From: Octopus sinensis
Taxonomy: Eukaryota
NCBI RefSeq assembly: GCF_006345805.1
Contig: NW_021833836.1
Coordinates: 1 to 54,554, forward strand
Direction of reading: 5' to 3'
Length of the DNA stretch: 54,554 bases
Shown here in pieces: positions 23,228 to 35,770 of the stretch. A program made the position numbers and the translations under genes. Numbering within the stretch: the first letter of the stretch is position 1; each line of letters begins with the position of its first letter. A model generated the notes under the pieces. That model had not been told where the DNA came from. It worked only from the letters and a program-made list of their open reading frames with translations, and ran no database searches.

Positions 23228-23630
23228 GTGGTGAGCTGGTAGAAACGTTAGCATGCCAGGTGAAATGCTTAGCAGTATTTCATCTGCCGTTACATTGTGA
23301 GTTCAAATTCCACCGAGGTCAACTTTGCCTTTCATCCTGTCGGGGTCGATAAATTAAGTACCAGTTACATGCTGGGGTTAATATAATTGACTTAATTCGT
23401 TTGTCTGTCCTTGTTTGTCCCCTCTCTGTTTAGCCCCTTGTGGGTAGTAAAGAAATAGGTATTTCATTTGTCTTTATGTTCTGAGTTCAAATGCAGCAGA
23501 GGTCAACTTAATCTTTCATCTTTTCATGGTTGATAAAATAAGAACCGGTCAAGCACTGAGGTCAATGTAATCAACTTACCTCTCCCAACCAAAAAATTGC
23601 CAGCCTTGTGCTAAATTTAGAAAGAATTAT
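23228..23630 (+). mobile_element. SINE family C with internal duplication
   Basis: Head GTGGTGAGCTGGTAGAAACGTTAGC; the core GAGTTCAAAT..GAGGTCAACTT occurs twice. Confidence 0.88.
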
Positions 23631-24001
23631 TAAAGATTGTCATATCAAGAACATGACAACCTTTAGTAAAAAGGTATCTAGTAATTGAGAGAGATATCTA
23701 AGGTTAGAAGGAACCATTAGTCATGTCTTGATGACAATGTAACAATGTCTCTAGAGCAGGTGTCATGATAAAATAATACAGTACAATTTGCAAAGTGGTT
23801 AGTGTTAAGAAGGGCATCCAGTCATAGAAATCTTGCCCAAATTAAATGTATAAATCAGACATAGTTATCCAGTCACATCTTAGAAAACAGCAACTCCAAG
23901 TAAGATCTGACTTGAACTATGACAACTCATCTAACCCATGCCAACATGGAAAGTAGAAGTAAAAGGATAATGACCAAGCTTACTACTACTACTACAACTA
24001 C

Positions 24002-24059
<58 letters not shown>

Positions 24060-24061
<2 letters not shown>

Positions 24062-24537
24062 GGTGGTGAGCTGGCAGAATCGTTAGCATGCCATGCAAAA
24101 TGTTCAGTGGCATTTCATGTCTTTAAATTCTGAGTTCGAATTCTGCCAAGGTCAACTTTATGCTTCATCCTTTTGGGGACAATGAAATAAGTACCAGTTG
24201 AGTACTGGAGTCGATGTAATCAACTTATCCCCTCCCCAAAAATTGCTGGCCTGTGCCAAAATTTGAAATTATTATTGTTGTTGTTGTTGTTGTTGTTATT
24301 GTTATTATTATTATTATATTATTATTATTATCATTATCATTATCATCATCATCATGGTGAGCTGGCAGAAACATTAGCATGTCAGGCAAAATAGTTAGAG
24401 ACATTCTGCCAAAAGTCAACTTTGCCTTCCAGCTTTTCAGGGTCAATAATATACATACCAGTTGGACAGTGGTGTTGATGTAATTGACTATCCCCCTCCC
24501 CCAAAACTGTTAGTCTTGTGCTAAAATCTGAAACCAT
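24060..24537 (+). mobile_element. Two SINE family C copies embedded in (TTA)n
   Basis: Heads at about 24060 and 24354, each preceded and followed by TTA-type repeats. Confidence 0.85.
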
Positions 24538-24557
24538 TGTTATTATTATTATTATTA

Positions 24558-24662
24558 TTATTACCTCTGCCTTAGCGAGGGTTGAGGTATTGTTTTTAGT
24601 TGCGTTTGTTTGTTTGTCCATGGACAAGATATCTTAAGAACCACAGGGTGGATTTGGATGAA
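24558..24662 (+). mobile_element. Possible Helentron-associated (HINE-like) 5' fragment
   Basis: TTATTACCTCTGCC...GAGGTATTGTTTT...GTTTGTTTGTTTGTCC...GGATTTGGATGAA matches the layout I recall for these elements. Confidence 0.4.
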
Positions 24663-24835
24663 CAGTTTAACAAAAGAGGCCAATACTATTAACAGCAGAC
24701 TTTAAAAAAATAAACCCTTTAAAGCAGTGCTCCAGTATGGCCACAATCCAATAACTAAGACAAGTAAAAGATAAAAAATAACAATCAAAGAATGAGCCAG
24801 TATGATAGATTTGATTAGCCTCTCCCAATCATTAA

Positions 24836-25057
24836 CCCTTTAGTTTTTTAACCAGCCATATCCAGCCAAAATATTCTACCAAGTTTTATGTTCAAACTGG
24901 CCAGATCTGGCCTCTCACACCAACCCTACAATATCATTGTAAAAATTAACAGTTGGCTCATCAAAATTTCAAAAGCTACAAGATAATGCATGGTTAATTC
25001 AAAACAATGTGAATAAATAAGCATTACATTTGACAGAATTATCTGAATGCTAAATGG
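24836..25057 (-). mobile_element. piggyBac-like MITE (~220 bp) with TTAA TSD
   Basis: TTAA-CCCTTTAG...GAATGCTAAATGG-TTAA; same family as 38842, 49290 and 51377. Confidence 0.85.
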
Positions 25058-26776
25058 TTAAATGTTTAGCCTTGTATTTCTGTAAGGAATTATTATTATT
25101 ATTATACTTACTCTAAAGGTAACAACCTAAAACTGAGTTTACAAACTAATGAGGGTGCCGCTGTTCACCATGCTAGAAATAGCAGCCAAATCCCTCTCAA
25201 ACTGCACCCTACAATTTTAAAACAGAGAGAAGACACTGACTGGATAATATAATCCTTCATACAGACCATATGTCTCAAGAAAAGACAATACAGTCTTGGA
25301 TTAAGCACCATTGGTTGTTTATATGTTTGCTCATTCAGGGTTAACTGATGACTAAATAACAACAAACCTGACATAGAAGAGAAGCAGAAATCGTTGAGTA
25401 CCATTCTATCATGTTTCAGGAATTAGTGGTGGTGGTCAGAGGAGGAGGTATCTCAGCCTTTTGTCCCTTGAAAGGTTGATAAAATAAGTATCTGTGATGC
25501 ACTCATGCACGGGAGTTCAGTTTAATCAGCTATATTCCTCTTCTCTAACACATTTTCGATCTTAAGTCAATGTGATAAATCAATATATGATGTGGAAGAA
25601 ACCGAAGGACCAAGGGGTGGGAGGAGAAAGAGCAGGAGGAGGAGAGTAAGGGAACGGAGAGAATAATGGAAGAAGAAGAAGAAGAAGAAGACAGCAAAAA
25701 CGACAATGACAAGAAGTAAGTAAAGAGGAATAAGAAGGTTGTAAAACAAGGGTGAAAGAAAGCGAAAAAGATGAAGGAGACAAGAATGCCAAGACAAAAA
25801 ACAAAAAAGAAAGATGAAGAACAAGCAGTGTGAAATGGTAATATATAAAAAAAAATATAAAAATAAATAAATAAATAAAAAGCTGATCCATTTGATTTGA
25901 ACAAGTGTCTGATTGAGGCATTTGTAATGACTGCAAGAAATCTGTTATTTCTCTTGAATTCGATCGGCATTTCCTGCCAAGAGAAAAATTACAAACTGAA
26001 ACAGGAGACACTTTGACAGCTTTTAATTAGATAAGCAGAGAGCTGAATCATGATTTTATTTGGTTAATGGTTGCTGCTTAATGCCGCAACCCGATTATTA
26101 GAGTTTCACTCAGCGACAAATGTAATCCATTATACTGCTGGCCTTTTAACTGCAACAGAACCAACATTTCATTTATATGGCTATTATGTATGGAACAACT
26201 GCAAGGAGATAGACTATTATTTTAGTCAAGAGAAGAGAGAGAGAGACAGACAGAGAGACAGATACTTTTGAATTCTATAGATTCTGAAACTGTTGCAATG
26301 ATATATAGGTAGAGAAATGGACAAGATATACTTAGCTGAAAATTACTGACCTTGCAGAGAATTAGAAAGAAGAGGAAAAGAAGAAAAATAAAGAATTAGA
26401 AGCAGGTGGTGGGTTGCAATAAAAACTGCATTATTTGGCACTGTTTCTGTTATAACCTTTGATGTCCAAAATAGCTTACCATGCATTACTAAAAATGAAG
26501 AACCAACAAGCCGACTTATTTTGGAAGCTCAAGAATTTAAACAAAGTCATTCAATTTCTCTGATAAGGCATACATACATTGTTACAATACAGTTCAGTGG
26601 ACAGAGTAGCTTCTAATATTCTTGTTCAAGACTGGACTACCATTGGTGAATAGCAATTACATTATTATATAAATAGCAATTTCTCACATTGTCCTAATAT
26701 CACAGATTGAGGCATTGACTTACTCTTTAGTACATGTTATATCTATCCATCTATCAATCTATCTATCTATCTATTC

Positions 26777-26825
<49 letters not shown>

Positions 26826-26828
26826 ATC

Positions 26829-26860
<32 letters not shown>

Positions 26861-26935
26861 CTATCTCTATCTGTGTGTGTGTGTGTGTACATGTATGCAT
26901 ATCTATATGTATGCATGTGCATGTATCTACCTGAT

Positions 26936-27231
26936 ATCTTTTAGCAGTTTCAGTCAGTAGAGTGTGGTCATGCTGGGGCACTGCCTTGATAGGGTTTAGC
27001 TGAACAAATCAACCCCAGTACTTCTCTAAGCCAGATACATGTTTAATTGACGTCTTTTTGCTGAACTACTAAGTTATATGTATGTAAACAAACTAACACT
27101 GGATGTTAAGTGGTGTTGGAAAACTAACACAGAGACACACACACAAAGACTCACAAACACACACACACACACACATATGCATGTATGTATACAACAGGCT
27201 TCTGTCAGTATTCATCTACCAAATCCACTCA
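26936..27231 (-). mobile_element. SINE family A, head missing
   Basis: Matches the family A 3' two-thirds. Confidence 0.75.
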
Positions 27232-27242
27232 TATGTGTATGT

Positions 27243-27634
27243 CATTATTCAGTTTATTTCAAGATTTCTTGCCAATAGAGAAAGAACTGGTTTCTAACCT
27301 AGATCCAAGGTTCCTTCATTGGAATTTCAACATCAACAACAGGGTATTTTTGTATGTATGTATGTGCAGATTTGTATGTTTTAGGTATGTGTTCTCATGC
27401 ATATAGTTACATATCTATACATGCTCATATATATCTAAATGATAAACTGGAAAGTTTTACAAATTTTTACAGTTCCAGTGATGGACTGGATCTGTAGTCT
27501 TCGAATTAGCTTTCTCTTTTCTGGTTTTGAGAAGCCTAATTTCTCAAGATTGGTATTTAGGCAGCGTGTTACATATCCCAGGGCCTCAATAAATACAGGT
27601 ATAAACCTGAACTTGTAATCTGGATAGAGTAACT
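27243..27634 (-). mobile_element. 5'-truncated RLE non-LTR retrotransposon, family T copy 2, abutting (TACA)n
   Basis: QLLYPDYKFRFIPVFIEALGYVTRCLNTNLEKLGFSKPEKRKLIRRLQIQSITGTVKICKTFQFII* is homologous to 14044-14246, with the same 3' UTR. Confidence 0.88.
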
Positions 27635-28776
27635 GTATGTAAGAATGTATGTATGTATGTATGTATGATGTATGTATGTATGTACATAGGTATGTACGTA
27701 TGTATGTATGTATGTATGTATGTATGTATGTATGTATGTATGTATGTACGTATGTATGTATGTATGTATGTGTATGTATGTATGTATGTATGAATGTATA
27801 ACTCTTTATTCTGAAGCTTATGTATAGATGTATATTGAGTATTAACAATAAGTTATTAGTATGCCTAAATGAAATCATCATATACATGTATGTATGTACT
27901 TATTAGCTGAGAAGCCATAGTGTTACTCAAGAGCCTAGGGTTATATCAAAATGCAGTTGACAACAGCATTTTGATGATGGATTTTCGTACAGTTTTCATC
28001 AACTAAATTATTCACAGAGCATTATTTGGCTCAGAGCTACCCTATAAGATACTTGCTCAATGTTCTACACAGCAGGACTGAATCCAAAAATCACATGGTT
28101 GAAAAGCAAACTTCTTAACCACAGAACTATACCTGCAATAGATAAAGCAATAATATATATATATATACTGTTTCCTATATCTTCTGATGTTTACACGAAC
28201 CCTAATATCTTAGTCTTTATCTTGGGTTTTCTCACACTGTGAGACATGCAAGGCAGCCAACTTCTACCAATGTGATCAATCGACAAAATATGCATGTGTG
28301 AAAAACATATACAAAAGATGCTGGTGGTGATCCGAGTCAGTAAAAATTATTTCGAAAAATTCACTAGTGTGGATAATTTCATATGAATTTTTGATTTCAA
28401 AGAGCTGAAAATTATTTTATCTCTCTTTGAAATGAAAAGTCTGTTCCGAAATGTCAGATTCTTCTTCACCCAATGGTGTTATAAACTTATCCAAACTGAT
28501 GACTTTCACTGTAAGGGAGTGAATTTTAAAATATTTTGGATTTCTTGAGATGACACTTATAATTGTGCTTAAATATCCCAAGGAATAGTTGTTATATTAG
28601 CTCCAGGAATACTTAACACAGGTGGAGAGATGTTTCTAAAATGTAATTTTAACAACAGCTTCATTCTAGGAACAAAGAATTCCTCTGTACACACACACAC
28701 ATGCATATATATATATATATATATAATGTGCATATGTAAGTACATACATATATATATAACACACACATATACATAT

Positions 28777-28817
<41 letters not shown>

Positions 28818-29052
28818 CAAAATAAGCAATAATATATATAAGGAAAATATGTCAAGGTAGAAAATGCTAAAATAATTTTATCATAAAAAACATTTTCCAT
28901 GTTACTGCTTAGACAGAGACAAGCAGAAACAAGGAAAATACCCTTTGTATTTGAATACTGTGAAAATATTCTTTTAAAAAACTTTTCATTTAATTTTTCC
29001 AAAATTTAATTGTTTTCCATACTTAGAGTTGAAAAAGTCTCAATGACTGAAA

Positions 29053-29254
29053 TATGTTTGCCCTCCCCACTATCGCTTGACAACCAATGTCGGTGTGTTT
29101 ATGGCCCCATAACGTAGCGGTTCAGTGAAAGAGACTGATAGGATAAGTACTAGGCTTAGAAAAAATAAGTCCTGGGGTCGATTTGTTTGACTAAAGGTGG
29201 TGCTCCAGCATGGCCACAGTCAATGACTGAAACAAGTAAAAGGAAAGAACAAAA

Positions 29255-29257
<3 letters not shown>
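29053..29257 (+). mobile_element. SINE family A, 3' half
   Basis: CGCTTGACAACC...GACTGAAACAAGTAAAAG. Confidence 0.85.
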
Positions 29258-29300
<43 letters not shown>

Positions 29301-30159
29301 GTAAGATAAAAGAAAACAAAAATAAAGTGTATGTGTGTATATTATTTTGAAATGCTGGCTAAAGGTCAGTCACTCTTTTGTCAACATCCATCACTCTCTA
29401 CCAATGCCATCTCAACTGTTCATTACTCTCTCTCTCTCTCCCTCTGTCTCTCCTGTTCAAGCTAACACTATATTTATATACTGCTAACCACCACACACAC
29501 ACGCACATACACATTCTCTCTCTCTTTCTATGTGACTCGTTACTGACACTCATCACTCACTCTTACCACCAACCATTTCTACTATTATCCATCATTCGAA
29601 TTCTCTCTTACCAGCAACATGTAGCAGCTGCTACTGATTGCCATAAGTGTATCTCTTCTATTACTCCATCTAGCATTCCTTCTCCCCCCCCCATCCACAC
29701 TGTCATCCCAATCACCTTATTTCTTTCACCAAATTCACTCTCCTTTCCCACACTCCCTTCTGCAGTTCCTCTACCTACTCTATTTATCATGTAACCTTGA
29801 ATGAATAAAGGCAATATACAGTAAGGAGGTTTCTTTTGTCTTGCAGAGCATAAGGTAGCCTCACTCATGTTGGTGCCATGATAGAATTCATCTGGTACAA
29901 TCTGAACAGTAGTTGAAGAATAAGAAAAGGCAGTGTAGGGTTAAGAGGACACTTTAGTCATGTTCTACCTAAAACAAGGCAACCTCTCTGTTTCCAGTGC
30001 TTCTATACAATATTCCCATTACACTTTAAAGTGATTGGTGTTTGAGAAAACATCTAGCTGTAGAAACCATGTCAAAAATATGATGTACTAGTGAGACATA
30101 ATCACTCAAACTATCTGTGGAGGAAGAGGGTAGTATTTCTGAGTGGGTAAAGGGTAAAG

Positions 30160-30470
30160 TGTAAAGACCCCCTAGAAAGTTTCCCTCCAAGGCACAAGTC
30201 TGAGCAAGGTTGTCTACGGAAGACCAGCAGTTGCCCGTGCATACCAGCTTTCCCTCTCCACACAACTGATGTTTTTCAAGGGAAAGGCAAAGGCCGATAC
30301 AGCTTAGCACCAGTGACATTGCAACTCATTTCTACAGAAGACTGAACTGGAGCAACATGAAAAATAATGTGTCTTGCTCAAGAAACAACACATAGCCCGA
30401 TCCAGGAATCAAACTTACTACCACATGATTGTGAACCTGGCACTCTAACCACTGAGCCATGTACTTTCAC
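30160..30470 (-). mobile_element. SINE with a family D-type head and a different 3' body
   Basis: GTGTCTTGCTCAAG..ACAAC...CTCTAACCACTGAGCCA is shared with 15600-15700. Confidence 0.7.
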
Positions 30471-31042
30471 TTTTCAATAAGAACTGACTTTCATGACATG
30501 TAAAGTAGAGGTAATGTAATGATGATAGTAGTGAAGATGATGATGACAATGATGATGATGACAATAACAGCAAAAACGATGATGATGATGGTGATGATGA
30601 TGATGAAGTCTGCATGTGATTTCATTGATGTTAATCAGAAAAGAATGTGTAAACATTGGCAAGGAAACCTAAATTTGGTATGCTGCATGTTAAACACATA
30701 AATGATTAGTTCCAAATAAAAAAACCTCATGTAGGATTTGTTCCACTGAATTTCACAAAGAACCACTTGTCACATCTACCATAAAAAATACAGTGAAGTA
30801 GTGACTGACCAACTGAAAATTGTTCAACAATTGCAATATGAAATAAGCAAGTATTTATACAGGATTTATATTTATTAATGCAAAAATCTTTTGTAAATGT
30901 TATTTTTGTTGAGTGCTTTCACTACACAACCAAACAAAGCTCAGAGAATCTTAGGTTACGTAAAGTGTTTTATTTTGATTTTTTGTAGTTTCTATTTTGA
31001 CTTTTATAATTTCTTTTGTGTTTGATTTTGTATTTTCTATTG

Positions 31043-31235
31043 AAGGCATGTGGCCTAGTGGTTAAGGTGTTGCACTCACAACCACAAGATCGTGGTTTCA
31101 ATTTCCTGAGCAGTAGTGCATTGTATTCCTGTGCAAAACACTTCATTTCCCTTTGCTCTTGGGCATGTCTTCTGCTATAGTCTCAAGCCAACCAAAGCCT
31201 TGTGAGTGGATTTGGTAGACGGAAACTGAAAGAAG

Positions 31236-31276
<41 letters not shown>

Positions 31277-31470
31277 TTATGTATCTATGTTTGTCCTCCC
31301 ACCATCGCTTGACAACCAATGTTGGTGTGTTTACATGCCCGTAACTTAGTGGTTCAACAAAAGAGACCAATAGAATAAGTACTAAGCTTACAAAGAATAA
31401 GTCCTGGGGTTAATTTGTTTGACTAAAGGCAGTGCTCCAACATGGCTACAGTGAAAGAATAAAAGAATAA
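31043..31470 (+). mobile_element. Chimeric SINE: family D head joined to family A body
   Basis: D-type head to about 31155, then family A from TTGGGCATGTCTTCT onward. Confidence 0.7.
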
Positions 31471-31489
31471 AATAAATATTATTAGAAAT

Positions 31490-31818
31490 TGCATTAAAAA
31501 AAATTAGTAAAATATTCTGTATATTGTAGAAACATAAACAATTTATTACACCAATTTTAACAACAAAATCTCATATGGACCTCAAAGGTCATACAGGCCC
31601 CAGTTGAGAACCATTGCTATAGAGCAGTGATTCTCAACCGTATTTTTCCTACAGACCCCTTTGATCCCCATTTTACTGAGATGGATCCTCATAACCATTC
31701 AGTATTTTTTTAAAAATCTTACTATATTTTCATAATTAAATATTATAAGTAATTGTATAACCAGTTTATTGCACATAAAATTTAACAACAACATATGGAC
31801 CTTGGTTGAGAATCACTA
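31490..31818. mobile_element. Two head-to-tail hAT-like MITEs separated by 8 bp
   Basis: ...GTTGAGAACCATTG(31616)-CTATAGAG-CAGTGATTCTCAACC(31625)...GGTTGAGAATCACTA(31818). Confidence 0.75.
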
Positions 31819-32351
31819 CAGTTGTCAGCAAAGCTCTACCTCAGGTTTAAACTCATCACACATCAAGTGGGCATCTTATACAACTATGAGAGGTTTCACA
31901 CATTACGACAACATGGATTACATATAAAGCATTAGCATTTCTATGTTTACATATGTGGGATAGATTTCCCCTTTCAAATTTTACACTTATGAATTGTTAA
32001 AACATGCATTCTTGTAGGTTTATCAATGGGTGGCGTTCTCAACATTAAACCACTCAAGTATGAAAAATGAATCTAGCTAAGCAATGTGCCCGCCTAGCAT
32101 AACAGCAAGGAGAACACAATGTTTACAACAAGATTTTAATATGTGAAGTGCAGCTCTGCACATTAACCTCACAACAATCATCATCAACCTATGTATAACA
32201 TATATGATAGTATACACTTATACAATATGAATACATGTATACATATACATATATATAATCTGTGTCTAATACATATTTATGCATATATATTATATATTAT
32301 ATATACATATTATATATATTATATGTATTATATATACATATTATATATATT

Positions 32352-32565
32352 GCCAGTACTACATGACTGGCCCCCGTGCCGGTGGCACATAAAAGCACCT
32401 ACTACACTCTCAGAGTGGTTGGCATTAGGAAGGGCATCCAGCTGTAGAAACTCTGCCAGATCAAGATTGGAGCTTGGTGTAGTCATCTGGTTTGCCAAGT
32501 CCTCAGTCAAATAGTCCAACCCATGCTAGCATAGAAAGCATATGTTAAACAATGATGATGATGAT
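32352..32565 (+). mobile_element. Family B retroposon 3' end with (GAT)n tail (RTE-LINE-like 3' UTR or SINE tail)
   Basis: GAGTGGTTGGCATTAGGAAGGGCATCCAGC...CCAACCCATGC...(GAT)n; several copies in the window. Confidence 0.8.
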
Positions 32566-32747
32566 ACATATACATAGGGGTATACAAACACACATGTACA
32601 CACAAGCATGCATATATGTATGCAAATATGTTTGTGTGCAGACAGTTCAAATAAAATCTCCCAAAACACACACACACCAAAATATTCTATATATGTGTCT
32701 ATATATGTTTTGTGTGTGTACACACACATACTTATACACATTTATAC

Positions 32748-32925
32748 ATGTAAAAAGCACCCACTACACTCATGGAGTGGTTGGCATTAGGAAGGGCATC
32801 CAGCCGTAGAAACATTGCCAGATCAGACTGGGCCTGGTGCAGCCTTCTGGCTTCCCAGACCCCAGTTGCACCGTCCAACCCATGCCAGTATGGAAAGCGG
32901 ACGCTAAACGATGATGATGATGATG

Positions 32926-32927
<2 letters not shown>
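32748..32927 (+). mobile_element. Family B retroposon 3' end with (GAT)n tail
   Basis: Same motifs as 32352-32565. Confidence 0.8.
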
Positions 32928-32957
<30 letters not shown>

Positions 32958-33155
32958 GGATACAACTATGCAGAAGCTATACAGGACACTGTTGTACATA
33001 TAACTTTGTGTGTGTGCACACAAGTATGTGCACATGTGCATGTGTGTGGCTGACACAATTCAAAAATACAGGAACACCATACTCACTACATATATAGTAA
33101 AGTTAATACTCACATCACCAATTAAAACTAAGCATTTTTTCACTGTTGTTATTTC

Positions 33156-33268
33156 AAGCCTCCTACCATTGTAACTATCTGATATGGCTCATCATGTCAG
33201 TTGTGTCAAAAATTGGTCACGTGGAGCTCAGTGGAGAGTCAAGGAAATATCTCAGATTTAATTGCTCT

Positions 33269-33320
<52 letters not shown>

Positions 33321-33427
33321 AAGAGCAATTAAAACTGAGATATTTCTTTAACTCTCCTCTGAGGTTTGCATGACCAATTTTTTACACAACTAGAACCGTG
33401 TATGATAGTTAAAGTAATGGGAGGCTT
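33156..33427. mobile_element. Fold-back element: ~110-bp inverted arms around a (GT)n loop
   Basis: The inner 43 bp match 39/43 (33227-33269 against 33321-33363), and similarity extends out to AAGCCTCC/GGAGGCTT. Confidence 0.8.
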
Positions 33428-33632
33428 CATACAAATATATATATATATGTACATACACACAAATATATATATATATAAATATATATATATAAATATACAT
33501 ATATATATATATATAATATATACACAAATATATACATATGCACACACACACACACACACATAGACAGACAGAAAAACAGATAGATGTACATATGTACATA
33601 TACATGTATATACACACACTTATACATTATAT

Positions 33633-33664
<32 letters not shown>

Positions 33665-34578
33665 CTGACTGAATTGCCTTCATCAGACTGCATGCTGAAG
33701 GCAACTAAGTCACAGTATTGTCAACCTTTTTCTAGTAAAAATAAATTAGATATTACTACTTAAATGTATAGAGTGTACCTTCATTTAATACTTGTCTTTT
33801 TATTTTACATGCCTATACATAAAAGCAAACATTATATATATTATATACATATATTAACAAGCACAAATACACACACACACACACACACATATGCACTTGT
33901 ATATATAAATATATACATAATTTAAAGTAAATAGTCAGAGATATAAATTCTAAAGCGCTTACCAAATATTTGAAGCAGGGTAAATAAACAATTATATAGA
34001 TACATTTTATTGAAAGAAAAAAATAATAAAATAAAATAAACAACCTCGCAAAAATAGCATAATAATCCTAAAAAGCAGTATGAAACATCGAGCTACTTGA
34101 AAATGATTTATAGACACTAATTAGCAAATGAAAAATAACATTTATTCTCAAAATCATTGTTGCATGGTAGTTTAGTAAATGTAATTACCAAATGAATGTA
34201 AGCCATATAATAAATAAGACTATTGGCAAAAAATAAATAAATAGATAAAGGAAAGCTTTTTTCCTATACTATTAGTCACAGTAGTAGCATTATTAATACT
34301 AGTATTAATATAATTATTATATTATTATTTCTGCATTAATTTTTTTACATCACATTTTTTTCTACTTTCACTGGTTTCCTAATTAATTAATTGACATTAA
34401 CCCTCTCATAGCAGATTTTGTGATTTTTTTTCTTAAAGGAAAGGATAGAAAGATAACCATAGAAAAAAAGAATGGTAACAATATGATAAGCTTTAATCAT
34501 CTCATCAAAAATATTAACATTATTATTGTCATTATTATTATTGTTGTTGTTGTTTTTACAGTTGTTGCTGATGTTGTT

Positions 34579-34700
34579 AGGTCTACTTTGCCTGTCATCC
34601 TTTCAGGGTCAGTAAAATAAGGACCAGTTGGCACTGGGGTTGATGTAATCAACTTACCCACTTTCCCCAAAATTGATGGCTCTGTGCCAAAATATGAAGC

Positions 34701-34742
<42 letters not shown>

Positions 34743-35310
34743 TTAAGTGGTGAGCTAGCAGAATGGTTATAGTGCTGGGTAAAATGCTTAATGACATTAT
34801 GTTCTGTCTTTCCTTTCATCATTTCAGGGTCAATGAAATACAAACCAGTTGAGCAATGGGTTTGATGTAACTGACTTATGCCCTCCCCTAAAATTGCTGG
34901 CTTTGTGTCAAATTTTGAAATCCTTATTATGATTATTATTAAGGTGGTGAGCTGGCAGAATCATTAGCAAGCCAGACAAAATGCTCAGCAGCATTTGCTT
35001 TATTTTCTGAGTTCAAATGCTGCTGAGTCTGACTTTGCCTTTCATCTTTTTGAAGCTGGTAAAATAACTACCAGTTGAACACTGGGATCGATGTTATCAA
35101 GTAACCCACCCTCCCTTCAAATTTCAAGCCCTGTCCCAATATTAGCAAGAATTAGTAGTAGTGATGGTGGTGGCAGCAGCAGCAATGGTGGTGGTGGTGG
35201 TGGTGTTTGAGAAGGGAATTGGCAGAATCAGTGATGCATCAGACAAAACTGTCCCTTTCAATCCTAAGCTGAAAATCCTGCCTAAGATCAACTTTGTCTT
35301 CTATCCTTTA
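34579..35310 (+). mobile_element. Cluster of about four SINE family C copies separated by trinucleotide runs, mostly (TTA)n
   Basis: Repeated heads and cores at about 34579, 34745, 34940 and 35215. Confidence 0.8.
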
Positions 35311-35365
35311 TGATTTTGAATAAGTGATTGTGAAGCAAAATTATTACCACAAGAATAATTGTGCG

Positions 35366-35397
<32 letters not shown>

Positions 35398-35407
35398 TGT
35401 GTGTGTA

Positions 35408-35676
35408 TCAGTTGAATAAAGTTAAGTTTTATACTTCTAAGAGGTATAAAAAAGAAGTCAGTTATTTTACTACAGTTGTCAAAACTCAACTGTCAGTGAA
35501 ATACGTTTTGAAATCTGATGATTACTATAAACATATGAAAGCACTAATTGAACTTTATGAACATTACAAAATATTCTTTTAATGTTTAACACATTTCAAA
35601 ATTGTAAAAATATTTTTTTAAATACAATAATAAAAAAACACGAAAACCAGACCGTGTTTTAACTTTATTCAACTGA
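35408..35676. mobile_element. MITE with a perfect 18-bp TIR (Tc1/mariner-like, TA target)
   Basis: TCAGTTGAATAAAGTTAA ... TTAACTTTATTCAACTGA; flanked by TA on the left and CA on the right. Confidence 0.7.
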
Positions 35677-35712
35677 CATATTATTCTATACACATTTACA
35701 CAAGTTCGCAAA

Positions 35713-35770
<58 letters not shown>

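Noticed and set aside
27435-27887. 150-aa ORF as a host gene
   Set aside because: The N-terminal part is (TACA)n translation and the C-terminal part is the LINE endonuclease tail.
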